A stretch of DNA of 7,628 nt, from contig CAIWXP010000185.1 of NCBI GenBank assembly GCA_903916665.1, positions 1 through 7,628 of the forward strand. The letters run 5' to 3'. This document shows positions 1-5,900 of this stretch, piece by piece. Under the pieces are notes generated by a model. The model did not search any database. It was not told where the DNA came from and saw nothing but the letters and a program-made list of their open reading frames with translations. The position numbers were made by a program, and so were the translations under genes. This DNA is from Candidatus Iainarchaeum sp. (GTDB lineage: Archaea > Iainarchaeota > Iainarchaeia > Iainarchaeales > 0-14-0-20-30-16). Position 1 is the stretch's first letter. Each line of letters starts with the position of its first letter.

Positions 1-1279
1 TATTTATACTCATTCTATTAATTGTTCCACCAAAATTATTTTGGATTAGTGTTAAAACATCATTTCTTTCATTTCTTATTGCAATGTTTACAATTTCTGT
101 TACTATACTTGTATAGGATTCACTAGTTACTCTTCCATTTAATAAAGTTAAAATATTTAATACATCATCAAATCTACCATTAACATTTGTTTCAAATCTT
201 CTTACTTGGTCTCTTAATCTTTTAATAGCATCCAATACTTCTTTATTATTCTGGCCAGGTACAATATCTTTAACAGGATCGATTGGACTAATTGGTGAAG
301 TTGGATCTTCTCCACTTGGGGGGCCTGTTGGTACTTCTGGGTTAGTTGCGGGAGATCTAACTGGTTCGGGCTCTCTATCTGCAGGTGCTCGTCCTTTGCT
401 AGGTGTTGGCTTTGGTTTTTTTAAATTAGCTTGGGCCAAATTTATTGTTGTGTGTAAGTCTCCCAATAAAACTTCCAATCTTCCTAAAGCAGGTAAATCT
501 GGTCTTGATCTTCTTGTTGCCAATATTTTATCAATTTTGGTTGCGAATTCTATTAGTTCTGTTAAATTAATTCGTCCATCTTTAAATCTTGTAAATATTG
601 TTTCTGCTCTTGCTTCTGCTTTTAATTGTAATTCTGAAAATATTCTTGCAATTGCTTCTTTCTCTGAAACATTTGTTGTACCTTTTAAAATTCTTATTTG
701 ATTTGATAATGCGTCTAAAATAGAATCTAAACTATCTAAAGATTCAAATTTAATTCGTTCTTTCATATCTTTTACTCTTTGTGCAACCCCTGATTCCAAA
801 GGTCTTCCTTCTCTTGCTGCTCTTTCTAATTCTTCCGGTGTTTTTTTTGCAGCCTTATCAACAAATGTACCTCTTGCTCTTTCCTGAGCAATTTCTCTAT
901 CTTTTCTAATTTGTTCGGCTCTTACTTCCACCAATGTTTTTCTTCTTATTTCTAATTTTGATAAAATATCAATTAATGCGGCTCTGCTATATTTTCTTTT
1001 ATTGCTTGTTAATTCGTAGTTAACTTCGGCTAATTTTTCTTCAACAAAACTCAAAGCTTTATTTGTATCTTGTAGGCTTCTTCTTAAAAAAGCTTCACGA
1101 GTAGTTTGTTCCTGAACTAATTTTCGCCAAGTGCCCAATCCGTCTGCTTGCTTTTTTCTAATTAGTTTTTGTGCTACAGCTAATCCTTCTGCCCGCTTTT
1201 TATCAGGAGATCTTCCTTTAGCATCTTCGATTCTTCTTCGTTGTTCAAGATTAATTTCTTTTCTCGGAGCTTGAGCCAT
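1..1279 (-). CDS. Hypothetical alpha-helical (probably coiled-coil) protein with a central proline-rich linker. It is partial: the first 426 codons are present and the 3' end is cut by the window edge.
   Basis: Absent from the ORF track because no stop falls inside the window. Hand reverse-complement translation from ATG (1277-1279) to position 2 shows no in-frame stop (MAQAPRKEINLEQRRRIEDAKGRSPDKKRAEGLAV...NNFGGTINRMSIN). GGTGG (1286-1290) lies 6 nt upstream of the ATG and TTTATATA (1323-1330) lies 44 nt upstream. Composition is Arg/Lys/Glu/Leu-rich and helix-like, with a Pro-rich segment at aa 287-342. I recognise no family motif. Confidence 0.72.
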   Translation of the reverse strand, partial: MAQAPRKEINLEQRRRIEDAKGRSPDKKRAEGLAVAQKLIRKKQADGLGTWRKLVQEQTTREAFLRRSLQDTNKALSFVEEKLAEVNYELTSNKRKYSRAALIDILSKLEIRRKTLVEVRAEQIRKDREIAQERARGTFVDKAAKKTPEELERAAREGRPLESGVAQRVKDMKERIKFESLDSLDSILDALSNQIRILKGTTNVSEKEAIARIFSELQLKAEARAETIFTRFKDGRINLTELIEFATKIDKILATRRSRPDLPALGRLEVLLGDLHTTINLAQANLKKPKPTPSKGRAPADREPEPVRSPATNPEVPTGPPSGEDPTSPISPIDPVKDIVPGQNNKEVLDAIKRLRDQVRRFETNVNGRFDDVLNILTLLNGRVTSESYTSIVTEIVNIAIRNERNDVLTLIQNNFGGTINRMSIN

Positions 1280-1285
1280 TCATAT

Positions 1286-1330
1286 CCACCTACTAAATAT
1301 ATACATATATTCCTATGAAAAGTATATAAA
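1286..1330 (-). promoter_or_regulatory. Archaeal-type promoter and RBS for the 1-1279 gene: TATA box TTTATATA (1323-1330) preceded by purine-rich AGAAAGG, plus GGTGG Shine-Dalgarno (1286-1290).
   Basis: Minus strand reads AGAAAGGTATTTATATACTTTTCATAGGAATATATGTATATATTTAGTAGGTGGATATGAATGGCT. The TATA-to-ATG spacing would give a leader of about 20 nt containing the SD. The same decamer TTTATATACT occurs upstream of the Lrp gene (5891-5900). Confidence 0.55.
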
Positions 1331-1374
1331 TACCTTTCTATTTTTGTCATTTTTTGAGTATAATGATTATTACC

Positions 1375-2079
1375 TTAGAAAAAACTATTCGAATCTACTG
1401 AACGAGTTTTTCCTCCTCTACCTAAAATTAAAATTATGAATAAAACTGCTAAAATTATTATAATTGGAGAATCTATTACATCTCCCATGTTAATTCTAGT
1501 TAAATAAAATATTAAAAAAACACCTAAAATAATGAAAATCCCTACTCTTGCGATCGGAGACTTCATAAAAGTAAAAAATTGTTTAAATTTTGATAGTTTT
1601 GATCCATTTTCTTTTTTTGCGTCTTCTTCTATGTTTTCGCCTCTAACTTTACGATCATCTAATTTTGCTTTTGCTTCTTCTTCTCTTTTTAATCGTTCTT
1701 CATAGTTAGAATCGTAATTTAAGCTTCCAGTAACTGCTATTTGTTCTTGTTTTTGTGCTTCTTTCTCTGCTTTTTTTTGAGCTGATTTTTCTTGCTTCTG
1801 CATTTGTTTATCTGCCAATGATTTATAATATATAAAATTATCTTTAGTTATATCTCCGTTCTCTTCAGCTCGTCTTAATTTTCTTCTAAAATTTTCGTAT
1901 AATCCTTGCTGACCAGTTAATTGCTTTATATTTTCCATAATTTCTTCATGAAACTCAGGATCATTAACAATTGGTTGCTCTTTTCGTTCCAATCTATGAC
2001 TCGGACTTCGCTCTTCTGTTCGTTCTTTTGTTGACTCTCTAGCCTCTTTATATTCGCGTCCTTTATTATATACAGTCAT
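1375..2079 (-). CDS. Hypothetical membrane-anchored protein: about 175 aa of highly charged, low-complexity N-terminal region followed by two C-terminal transmembrane helices.
   Basis: ORF-track entry 1375-2091. Position 2091 is a GTG, so I prefer the in-frame ATG at 2079 (MTVYNKGREYKEARE..., 234 aa). Lys/Glu/Gln/Arg-rich stretches such as KQMQKQEKSAQKKAEKEAQKQEQ and ERLKREEEAKAKLDDRK are present. The hydrophobic segments IARVGIFIILGVFLIFYL and SPIIIILAVLFIILILG map to nt 1420-1554. There are no cysteines and no catalytic motif. Confidence 0.68.
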   Translation of the reverse strand: MTVYNKGREYKEARESTKERTEERSPSHRLERKEQPIVNDPEFHEEIMENIKQLTGQQGLYENFRRKLRRAEENGDITKDNFIYYKSLADKQMQKQEKSAQKKAEKEAQKQEQIAVTGSLNYDSNYEERLKREEEAKAKLDDRKVRGENIEEDAKKENGSKLSKFKQFFTFMKSPIARVGIFIILGVFLIFYLTRINMGDVIDSPIIIILAVLFIILILGRGGKTRSVDSNSFF

Positions 2080-2092
2080 AACTATCCGCACA

Positions 2093-2137
2093 TATACACA
2101 ATATATTTATTTAAATACTTTTTGCTTATTGTGTATA
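2093..2137. promoter_or_regulatory. Shared divergent (bidirectional) promoter: a perfect 10-bp inverted repeat flanking a palindromic TATA-like core.
   Basis: TATACACAAT (2093-2102) and ATTGTGTATA (2128-2137) are exact reverse complements, separated by 25 bp. The spacer contains the palindromic octamer ATTTAAAT (2109-2116). Each arm ends 1-2 nt before a start codon: GTG 2091 on the minus strand and ATG 2140 on the plus strand. Confidence 0.5.
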
Positions 2138-2139
2138 AT

Positions 2140-2856
2140 ATGGTACATAAATTTAGAGAAGTCTTTTCATTAAGCTTAAAATATTATTTTCAAACACTTT
2201 ACATTACTTTGGGTTTTGGGTTAGTTTTGATTGCTTTGTTAAACACCTTAGCAGATATAAACTTTAGTTTGTATTTTGGTAATTTAACCTATTCGTTCTT
2301 AACCTCACTATCTTTGATGTATATCATACCCACCATTGTATTAGCTGCTTTGATAAATGCAATTTTTGTTACACTATTAATTTTTGTAACTAGAAAACAT
2401 CTTTTGCAAGAGCATAAAAAAGTCTATGTTTTAGAATTTATTAAAAAACATGCTACCTACGTTTTTTTATTTAACTTGGGACTCTATTTTTTACTATTCA
2501 TTGTTTATTTGATTTTTGTTGATACTGTTGTTGCATTTTTAATTCCAATAATTAGTACAATTTTGCTAATATTAAGTTTCTATACTATCCAGTCAATTGT
2601 TGTTGATGAAAAAAAAGTAACTTCTGCAATTACCTATGGATTACATTTTTTAAAAAATAATATTGGAAAAACTATTTTTATAATGTTAGTTTTGGTATTA
2701 GTATATTTAGTAATCGCATTAATTAGTTTTTACTTTTTAAGCTATGGATTTATAGTTTCATTAATTTTATACACTATATTTTTCTATCCTTTTTCTGAAA
2801 TACTAAAAACCTGTGTATATTTAACAAAATTTAATATATTCAATAGTTACCTATAA
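2140..2856 (+). CDS. Hypothetical polytopic integral membrane protein with about 6 predicted TM helices.
   Basis: ORF-track entry 2122-2856 begins at a TTG. The first ATG is at 2140 (MVHKFREVFSLSLKYYFQ..., 238 aa). Hydrophobic runs of roughly 20 aa are separated by short Lys-rich loops (TRKHLLQEHKK, VVDEKKVTSAITYGLHFLKNNIGK). The TATA-like core sits about 25 nt upstream of ATG 2140, consistent with a leaderless or near-leaderless transcript. The layout loosely resembles DUF-type small multi-pass membrane families, but I cannot name one. Confidence 0.72.
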   Translation: MVHKFREVFSLSLKYYFQTLYITLGFGLVLIALLNTLADINFSLYFGNLTYSFLTSLSLMYIIPTIVLAALINAIFVTLLIFVTRKHLLQEHKKVYVLEFIKKHATYVFLFNLGLYFLLFIVYLIFVDTVVAFLIPIISTILLILSFYTIQSIVVDEKKVTSAITYGLHFLKNNIGKTIFIMLVLVLVYLVIALISFYFLSYGFIVSLILYTIFFYPFSEILKTCVYLTKFNIFNSYL

Positions 2857-2864
2857 AATAAAAA

Positions 2865-2907
2865 AAGAAAGAATTAAAAAAAAATTCTTTTTTATTTTTT
2901 TGTTTTT
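2865..2907. terminator. Bidirectional terminator between convergent genes: a hairpin flanked by oligo-T tracts on both strands.
   Basis: Stem AAAGAATT (2868-2875) pairs with AATTCTTT (2883-2890) across a 7-A loop, and is extendable to about 11 bp with one G-U pair (2865-2875 / 2883-2893). On the plus strand the hairpin is followed by T6, A, T7 and G, T5 (2888-2907). The minus strand has a T9 run (complement of 2876-2884) just after the topoisomerase stop at 2892-2894. Confidence 0.55.
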
Positions 2908-5201
2908 AATTCGTTTATAACTTTTGTTTTTATTTCTTTCTTTTCTTGTGTCAATTGTGTTTCACTTTTGACATTTCGTGTAAGTTTTGAATCTTCCAAT
3001 TCTAAACTTTTACGCATAATTATTTTTTCTTTAACAAGTTTTGGTTTTGCAACCTTGATCTCTTTTGGTTTCTCAATTTTTTCTTTCTTTACTACATCAA
3101 TAGCATTCTTTTTTTCTGCAGATGCTGCTAATTTATCAGCTGCTTGTTTTGCATATTCTTCTTTTCTTTCTGCATATTTTATTGCATATTCTTTATTGCT
3201 AGAGCACCCAGGATTAATACAAAATTCACTAACATCTTTTGATCTTAATTGTTTCAATTGTATTATTGGCGCTTTACAAACTTCGCAAGACTTTAAAGTA
3301 AATGTTAGTTCTCCTTTTTGTGGCAAAGGATAACTTTGTGTGCAATTAGGATAGCCAGAACAACCAACAAATATTTTTCCCATTTTTGATTTTCTTTTAA
3401 CCAAATTAGAATTACATTTTGGACATTTACCAACTAAATTTGCTTTTTGGGCTGTCGCTTTTATATTTGTTGAAATTTCTTTTTTATTTTTATAAAGATC
3501 ATCTAATATTTCTAACAACATTGTTCTTGAATCGTCTACAACTTTTTCTTTTATTAATTTTCCTAATTCAATTTCATTCATTTCATCTTCCAATTTAGCA
3601 GTCATATCTGGCGAAACAACATGTTGTGCATAGTCTTGTAATGATTTAATAACTGTTTTTGCCATATCACTTGGTTTGATTTGTTTTTTACCAGAAATAT
3701 ATTGTCTAAAATATAGTTTTTGCAATATACTTGGTCTTGTTGATTTTGTTCCTAAATTTAATTTTTCCATTAATTTAATTAATGTTCCCTGTGAATATCT
3801 TGCAGGAGGTTGTGTTTTTTTAGATAATAATTCCTTATTAGTAATTAATAACATTTCACCCACAATTAATTCTGGTAACAATGCATCTTTTTGTGTTGCG
3901 TAGGGATAAATATCCAGCCAACCTCTATCAATAAATATTATTCCTTTCGAAACAAATATTTCTGAGTTTGCATCAAATTCCGCATTGGTAGTTTGTGCTT
4001 TTGCATCTTTATATAATGTTGCTAAAAAATGATCAACGATCAATTTGTAAACTTTCCATTCTTCAGGATGTAAATTGCCTTTTTGTGCTAAAGTTACAGG
4101 GTGTATTGGTGGGTGATCCTTTGTTTCTACTCCTTTACTTGGAACTATTTTTGGCAATGCCAAAATTTTATTTATTGCAGAATCAAATTCCGATCCTTTT
4201 AATGTATTTAATAATTTAACATACTCCAAACCAATATAGGTTTGATTATCAGTTCTAGGATAACTTACAAATCCACGCATGTATAAATTTTCTGCAATTT
4301 CCATTGCTTTTATTGCATCTAAATTTAAATTAGTACTGGCTCTTAAAAAATCTGTTGTATTAAAAGGTTCCGGCCTTTTAATTATAATTTCTTTTTTATC
4401 TAAATTAATTACTTTTGCATCTTTTCCAATTTTTGCAAATGCTTTTTCTGCTTCTTCTTTATTTACTATTCTTCCTTTTTTATATTCTGCTTTAAATTTT
4501 GTTTTTTGTTTTTCTAATTCAATTTCTATTTCCCAATAGGGACTAGATTTAAAATTTTCAATTTCTAATTCTTTAGTAACAATTGCTGCCAATGTTGGAC
4601 TTTGAACTCGCCCTACACTTAAGAAATCTTTTCCAACCATTCCTGTGTTAGTACTCATAAATCTTGTTAAAACGGCGCCCCAATATAAATCAATTTCCCT
4701 TCTTGAATCTGCTGCATCTGCCATCTTTTCATTTAATGGTAATGTCTTTGAGAAAGCATCATTTAATTCGTCTTTTGTTATTGATGAAAAGTAAGCTCTA
4801 TCTACTTTTATTTTGGGATTTTTTGATAAAATAATATTTACTGCTTCTCTTCCAATTGATTCCCCTTCTCTATCCGCATCCGTTGCAATAATTACTCTTT
4901 TTGCACTAATTTCTCCCAAACTTCTTGCAATTATTGGCTGTGTATTTTTATAAAAAATTGCTTTGGGTGTAACTAATTTTTTTAAATCCATATACCAACT
5001 TGCAAACTCTCTTGTAAAATCAATATCAGTAATATGCCCTTTTAACGGAACCATTATTGTTTTTCCAAATTTCTCATTTTCAAATTCAAAGGTAACCTGC
5101 CCTTTTTCTTTATTTTCTTTTAATTTTCCATTGGCCAAAATATAGGCGATGCTTTGTCCAGCAATTGGTTTTTCAGAAACTATTATTGTATCATAAATCA
5201 T
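2892..5201 (-). CDS. topA: Type IA DNA topoisomerase (archaeal topoisomerase I/III type) with a C-terminal double zinc ribbon and a lysine-rich tail.
   Basis: 769 codons. The Toprim domain shows the catalytic Glu in VSEKP (E10, nt 5172-5174) and the acidic motif IIATDADREGESIG (DADREGE at nt 4863-4883). The active-site tyrosine motif GFVSYPRTDNQ is present (Y314, nt 4260-4262). Two C4 zinc ribbons, CPKC..CSGYPNC and CEVC..CINPGC, map to nt 3204-3425. There is no helicase domain, so this is not a reverse gyrase. Confidence 0.95.
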   Translation of the reverse strand: MIYDTIIVSEKPIAGQSIAYILANGKLKENKEKGQVTFEFENEKFGKTIMVPLKGHITDIDFTREFASWYMDLKKLVTPKAIFYKNTQPIIARSLGEISAKRVIIATDADREGESIGREAVNIILSKNPKIKVDRAYFSSITKDELNDAFSKTLPLNEKMADAADSRREIDLYWGAVLTRFMSTNTGMVGKDFLSVGRVQSPTLAAIVTKELEIENFKSSPYWEIEIELEKQKTKFKAEYKKGRIVNKEEAEKAFAKIGKDAKVINLDKKEIIIKRPEPFNTTDFLRASTNLNLDAIKAMEIAENLYMRGFVSYPRTDNQTYIGLEYVKLLNTLKGSEFDSAINKILALPKIVPSKGVETKDHPPIHPVTLAQKGNLHPEEWKVYKLIVDHFLATLYKDAKAQTTNAEFDANSEIFVSKGIIFIDRGWLDIYPYATQKDALLPELIVGEMLLITNKELLSKKTQPPARYSQGTLIKLMEKLNLGTKSTRPSILQKLYFRQYISGKKQIKPSDMAKTVIKSLQDYAQHVVSPDMTAKLEDEMNEIELGKLIKEKVVDDSRTMLLEILDDLYKNKKEISTNIKATAQKANLVGKCPKCNSNLVKRKSKMGKIFVGCSGYPNCTQSYPLPQKGELTFTLKSCEVCKAPIIQLKQLRSKDVSEFCINPGCSSNKEYAIKYAERKEEYAKQAADKLAASAEKKNAIDVVKKEKIEKPKEIKVAKPKLVKEKIIMRKSLELEDSKLTRNVKSETQLTQEKKEIKTKVINELKTKK

Positions 5202-5292
5202 AAAATCACATCATTGATTTGAAATATATCTGTTTAAAGTTTGAAATTGGTTTTTAATTTTATAACTTTAAATTGTATATCATAAATCATAA
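5185..5292 (-). repeat. Direct duplication of the topoisomerase translation-start module, proximal copy 5185-5203 and distal copy 5272-5292, 89 bp apart.
   Basis: The minus-strand proximal copy is TTATGATTTATGATACAAT (the real start, ATG at 5201). The distal copy is TTATGATTTATGATATACAAT (ATG at 5290). They are identical except for a 2-nt AT insertion. Both are preceded by GTGA (complements of 5206-5209 and 5297-5300). Confidence 0.7.
5233..5272. promoter_or_regulatory. Long AT-rich imperfect palindrome or hairpin in the topoisomerase upstream region.
   Basis: TTTAAAGTT (5233-5241) and AACTTTAAA (5264-5272) are exact reverse complements. The pairing extends after a small bulge through GAAATT/AATTTT, giving about 14-16 bp around the loop GGTTTTT. 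Confidence 0.5.
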
Positions 5293-5321
5293 CTATTCAC
5301 TTTCAAATTGCATCCTTGCAT

Positions 5322-5329
5322 TATATAAA
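5322..5329 (-). promoter_or_regulatory. Consensus archaeal TATA box (TTTATATA) upstream of the topoisomerase gene, 18 nt past the Lrp stop codon.
   Basis: Minus strand reads AACAGAGTAATTTTATATAATGCAAGG. The box lies 32 nt upstream of the duplicated ATG at 5290 and 121 nt upstream of the real ATG at 5201. A weaker TATA-like ATATATTT (complement of 5222-5229) lies about 21-28 nt upstream of ATG 5201 and is an alternative promoter. Confidence 0.5.
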
Positions 5330-5347
5330 ATTACTCTGTTTAATGAA

Positions 5348-5821
5348 TTAACTGTAATATATTTGTAGACTTGATTTTGGAATAGTATTTTTCTCAAATA
5401 CTTTCTTTGTTATTATTAAAACATTAAATGCATTTACACCCTGTAATTTAGAAATTGTTTTGTCTAAAACATCAAATTGCGAAAAATCTTTTAATAGATA
5501 TAAAAATACCAAATTAAATTCTCCTACAGTTTTATATACTGTTTTAACAAAATCATTTTCTTGCAAACTAGCTATATTTTTATCGCTGGCCAAAGGATCA
5601 CATCTTAAAAAAACCAATAGTTCTCCTTCTATGCCTAATATTTTATAATCTAATTCTACACTTATTTTTTTTATTATTCCCTTGCTCAATAGGTTCTCAA
5701 ATCTTTTTTTTACTGCAACATCAGTAATATTTAAATCTCTTGCAATTTCAGAAAATGAAACTCTTCCAGATTCCATTAATTTTGTTAATATTTTATAGTC
5801 ATATTGATCCAATACTTGCAT
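5348..5821 (-). CDS. Lrp/AsnC-family transcriptional regulator: N-terminal winged HTH plus C-terminal RAM/ACT-like effector domain.
   Basis: 157 codons. The N-terminus YDYKILTKLMESGRVSFSEIARDLNITDVAVKKRFENLLSKGIIK (nt about 5672-5800) is the typical AsnC-type HTH. The C-terminal region of about 80 aa (GELLVFLRCDP...VNAFNVLIITKKV) has the length and alternating pattern of the RAM domain. GGTGAT (5825-5830) lies 3 nt upstream of the ATG. Confidence 0.9.
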   Translation of the reverse strand: MQVLDQYDYKILTKLMESGRVSFSEIARDLNITDVAVKKRFENLLSKGIIKKISVELDYKILGIEGELLVFLRCDPLASDKNIASLQENDFVKTVYKTVGEFNLVFLYLLKDFSQFDVLDKTISKLQGVNAFNVLIITKKVFEKNTIPKSSLQIYYS

Positions 5822-5892
5822 TTTATCACCTAACTCAATAGTTAAAAAAGTAAATCAAAATAAAGATTTAACTTAATTTAATAAACAAAGAG

Positions 5893-5900
5893 TATATAAA
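5893..5900 (-). promoter_or_regulatory. TATA box (TTTATATA) for the Lrp/AsnC gene, directly abutting the elp3 stop codon.
   Basis: Minus strand reads ...AAAAACATATAA|TTTATATACTCTTTGTTTATT..., with the elp3 stop at 5901-5903. The box is 72 nt upstream of the Lrp ATG at 5821. Confidence 0.5.

Noticed and set aside
396-701. Plus-strand 101-aa ORF listed in the track
   Set aside because: It lies entirely antisense to the uninterrupted 426-codon minus-strand frame, which has a proper SD and TATA box. Its Phe/Ser/Leu/Asn/Val-rich composition is what the complement of Lys/Glu/Arg-rich coding sequence produces. It starts at a TTG, not an ATG, and I saw no RBS upstream of it.
2122-2139. TTG start at 2122 for the membrane protein, as given in the ORF track
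   Set aside because: The TTG lies inside the promoter spacer and repeat arm. The first ATG at 2140 sits at the expected distance from the TATA core. The extended start is most likely an ORF-finder artefact. An in-frame GTG at 2131 cannot be fully excluded.
2968-5145. Five plus-strand ORFs (2968-3333, 3676-3903, 3995-4219, 4279-4539, 4963-5145)
   Set aside because: All are shadow ORFs antisense to the topoisomerase gene, whose motifs are unambiguous. They are low-complexity and Phe/Ser/Leu-rich, with no start context.
2892-5201. Idea that the Toprim-containing protein could be a defence-type nuclease (OLD or Wadjet-like) or a reverse gyrase
   Set aside because: The Toprim domain is followed by the complete type IA cleavage core with the SYPRTD active-site tyrosine and zinc ribbons. 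There is no ATPase or helicase domain and there are no partner genes. This is a housekeeping topoisomerase.
5460-5648. Plus-strand 62-aa ORF
   Set aside because: It is antisense within the Lrp/AsnC gene and has no supporting signals.
5865-5881. TTAAAT-N4-TTAAAT direct repeat upstream of the Lrp gene as a possible auto-operator
   Set aside because: It is a short, pure A/T motif in DNA that is well over two-thirds A+T, so it is easily produced by chance and has no clear dyad symmetry.
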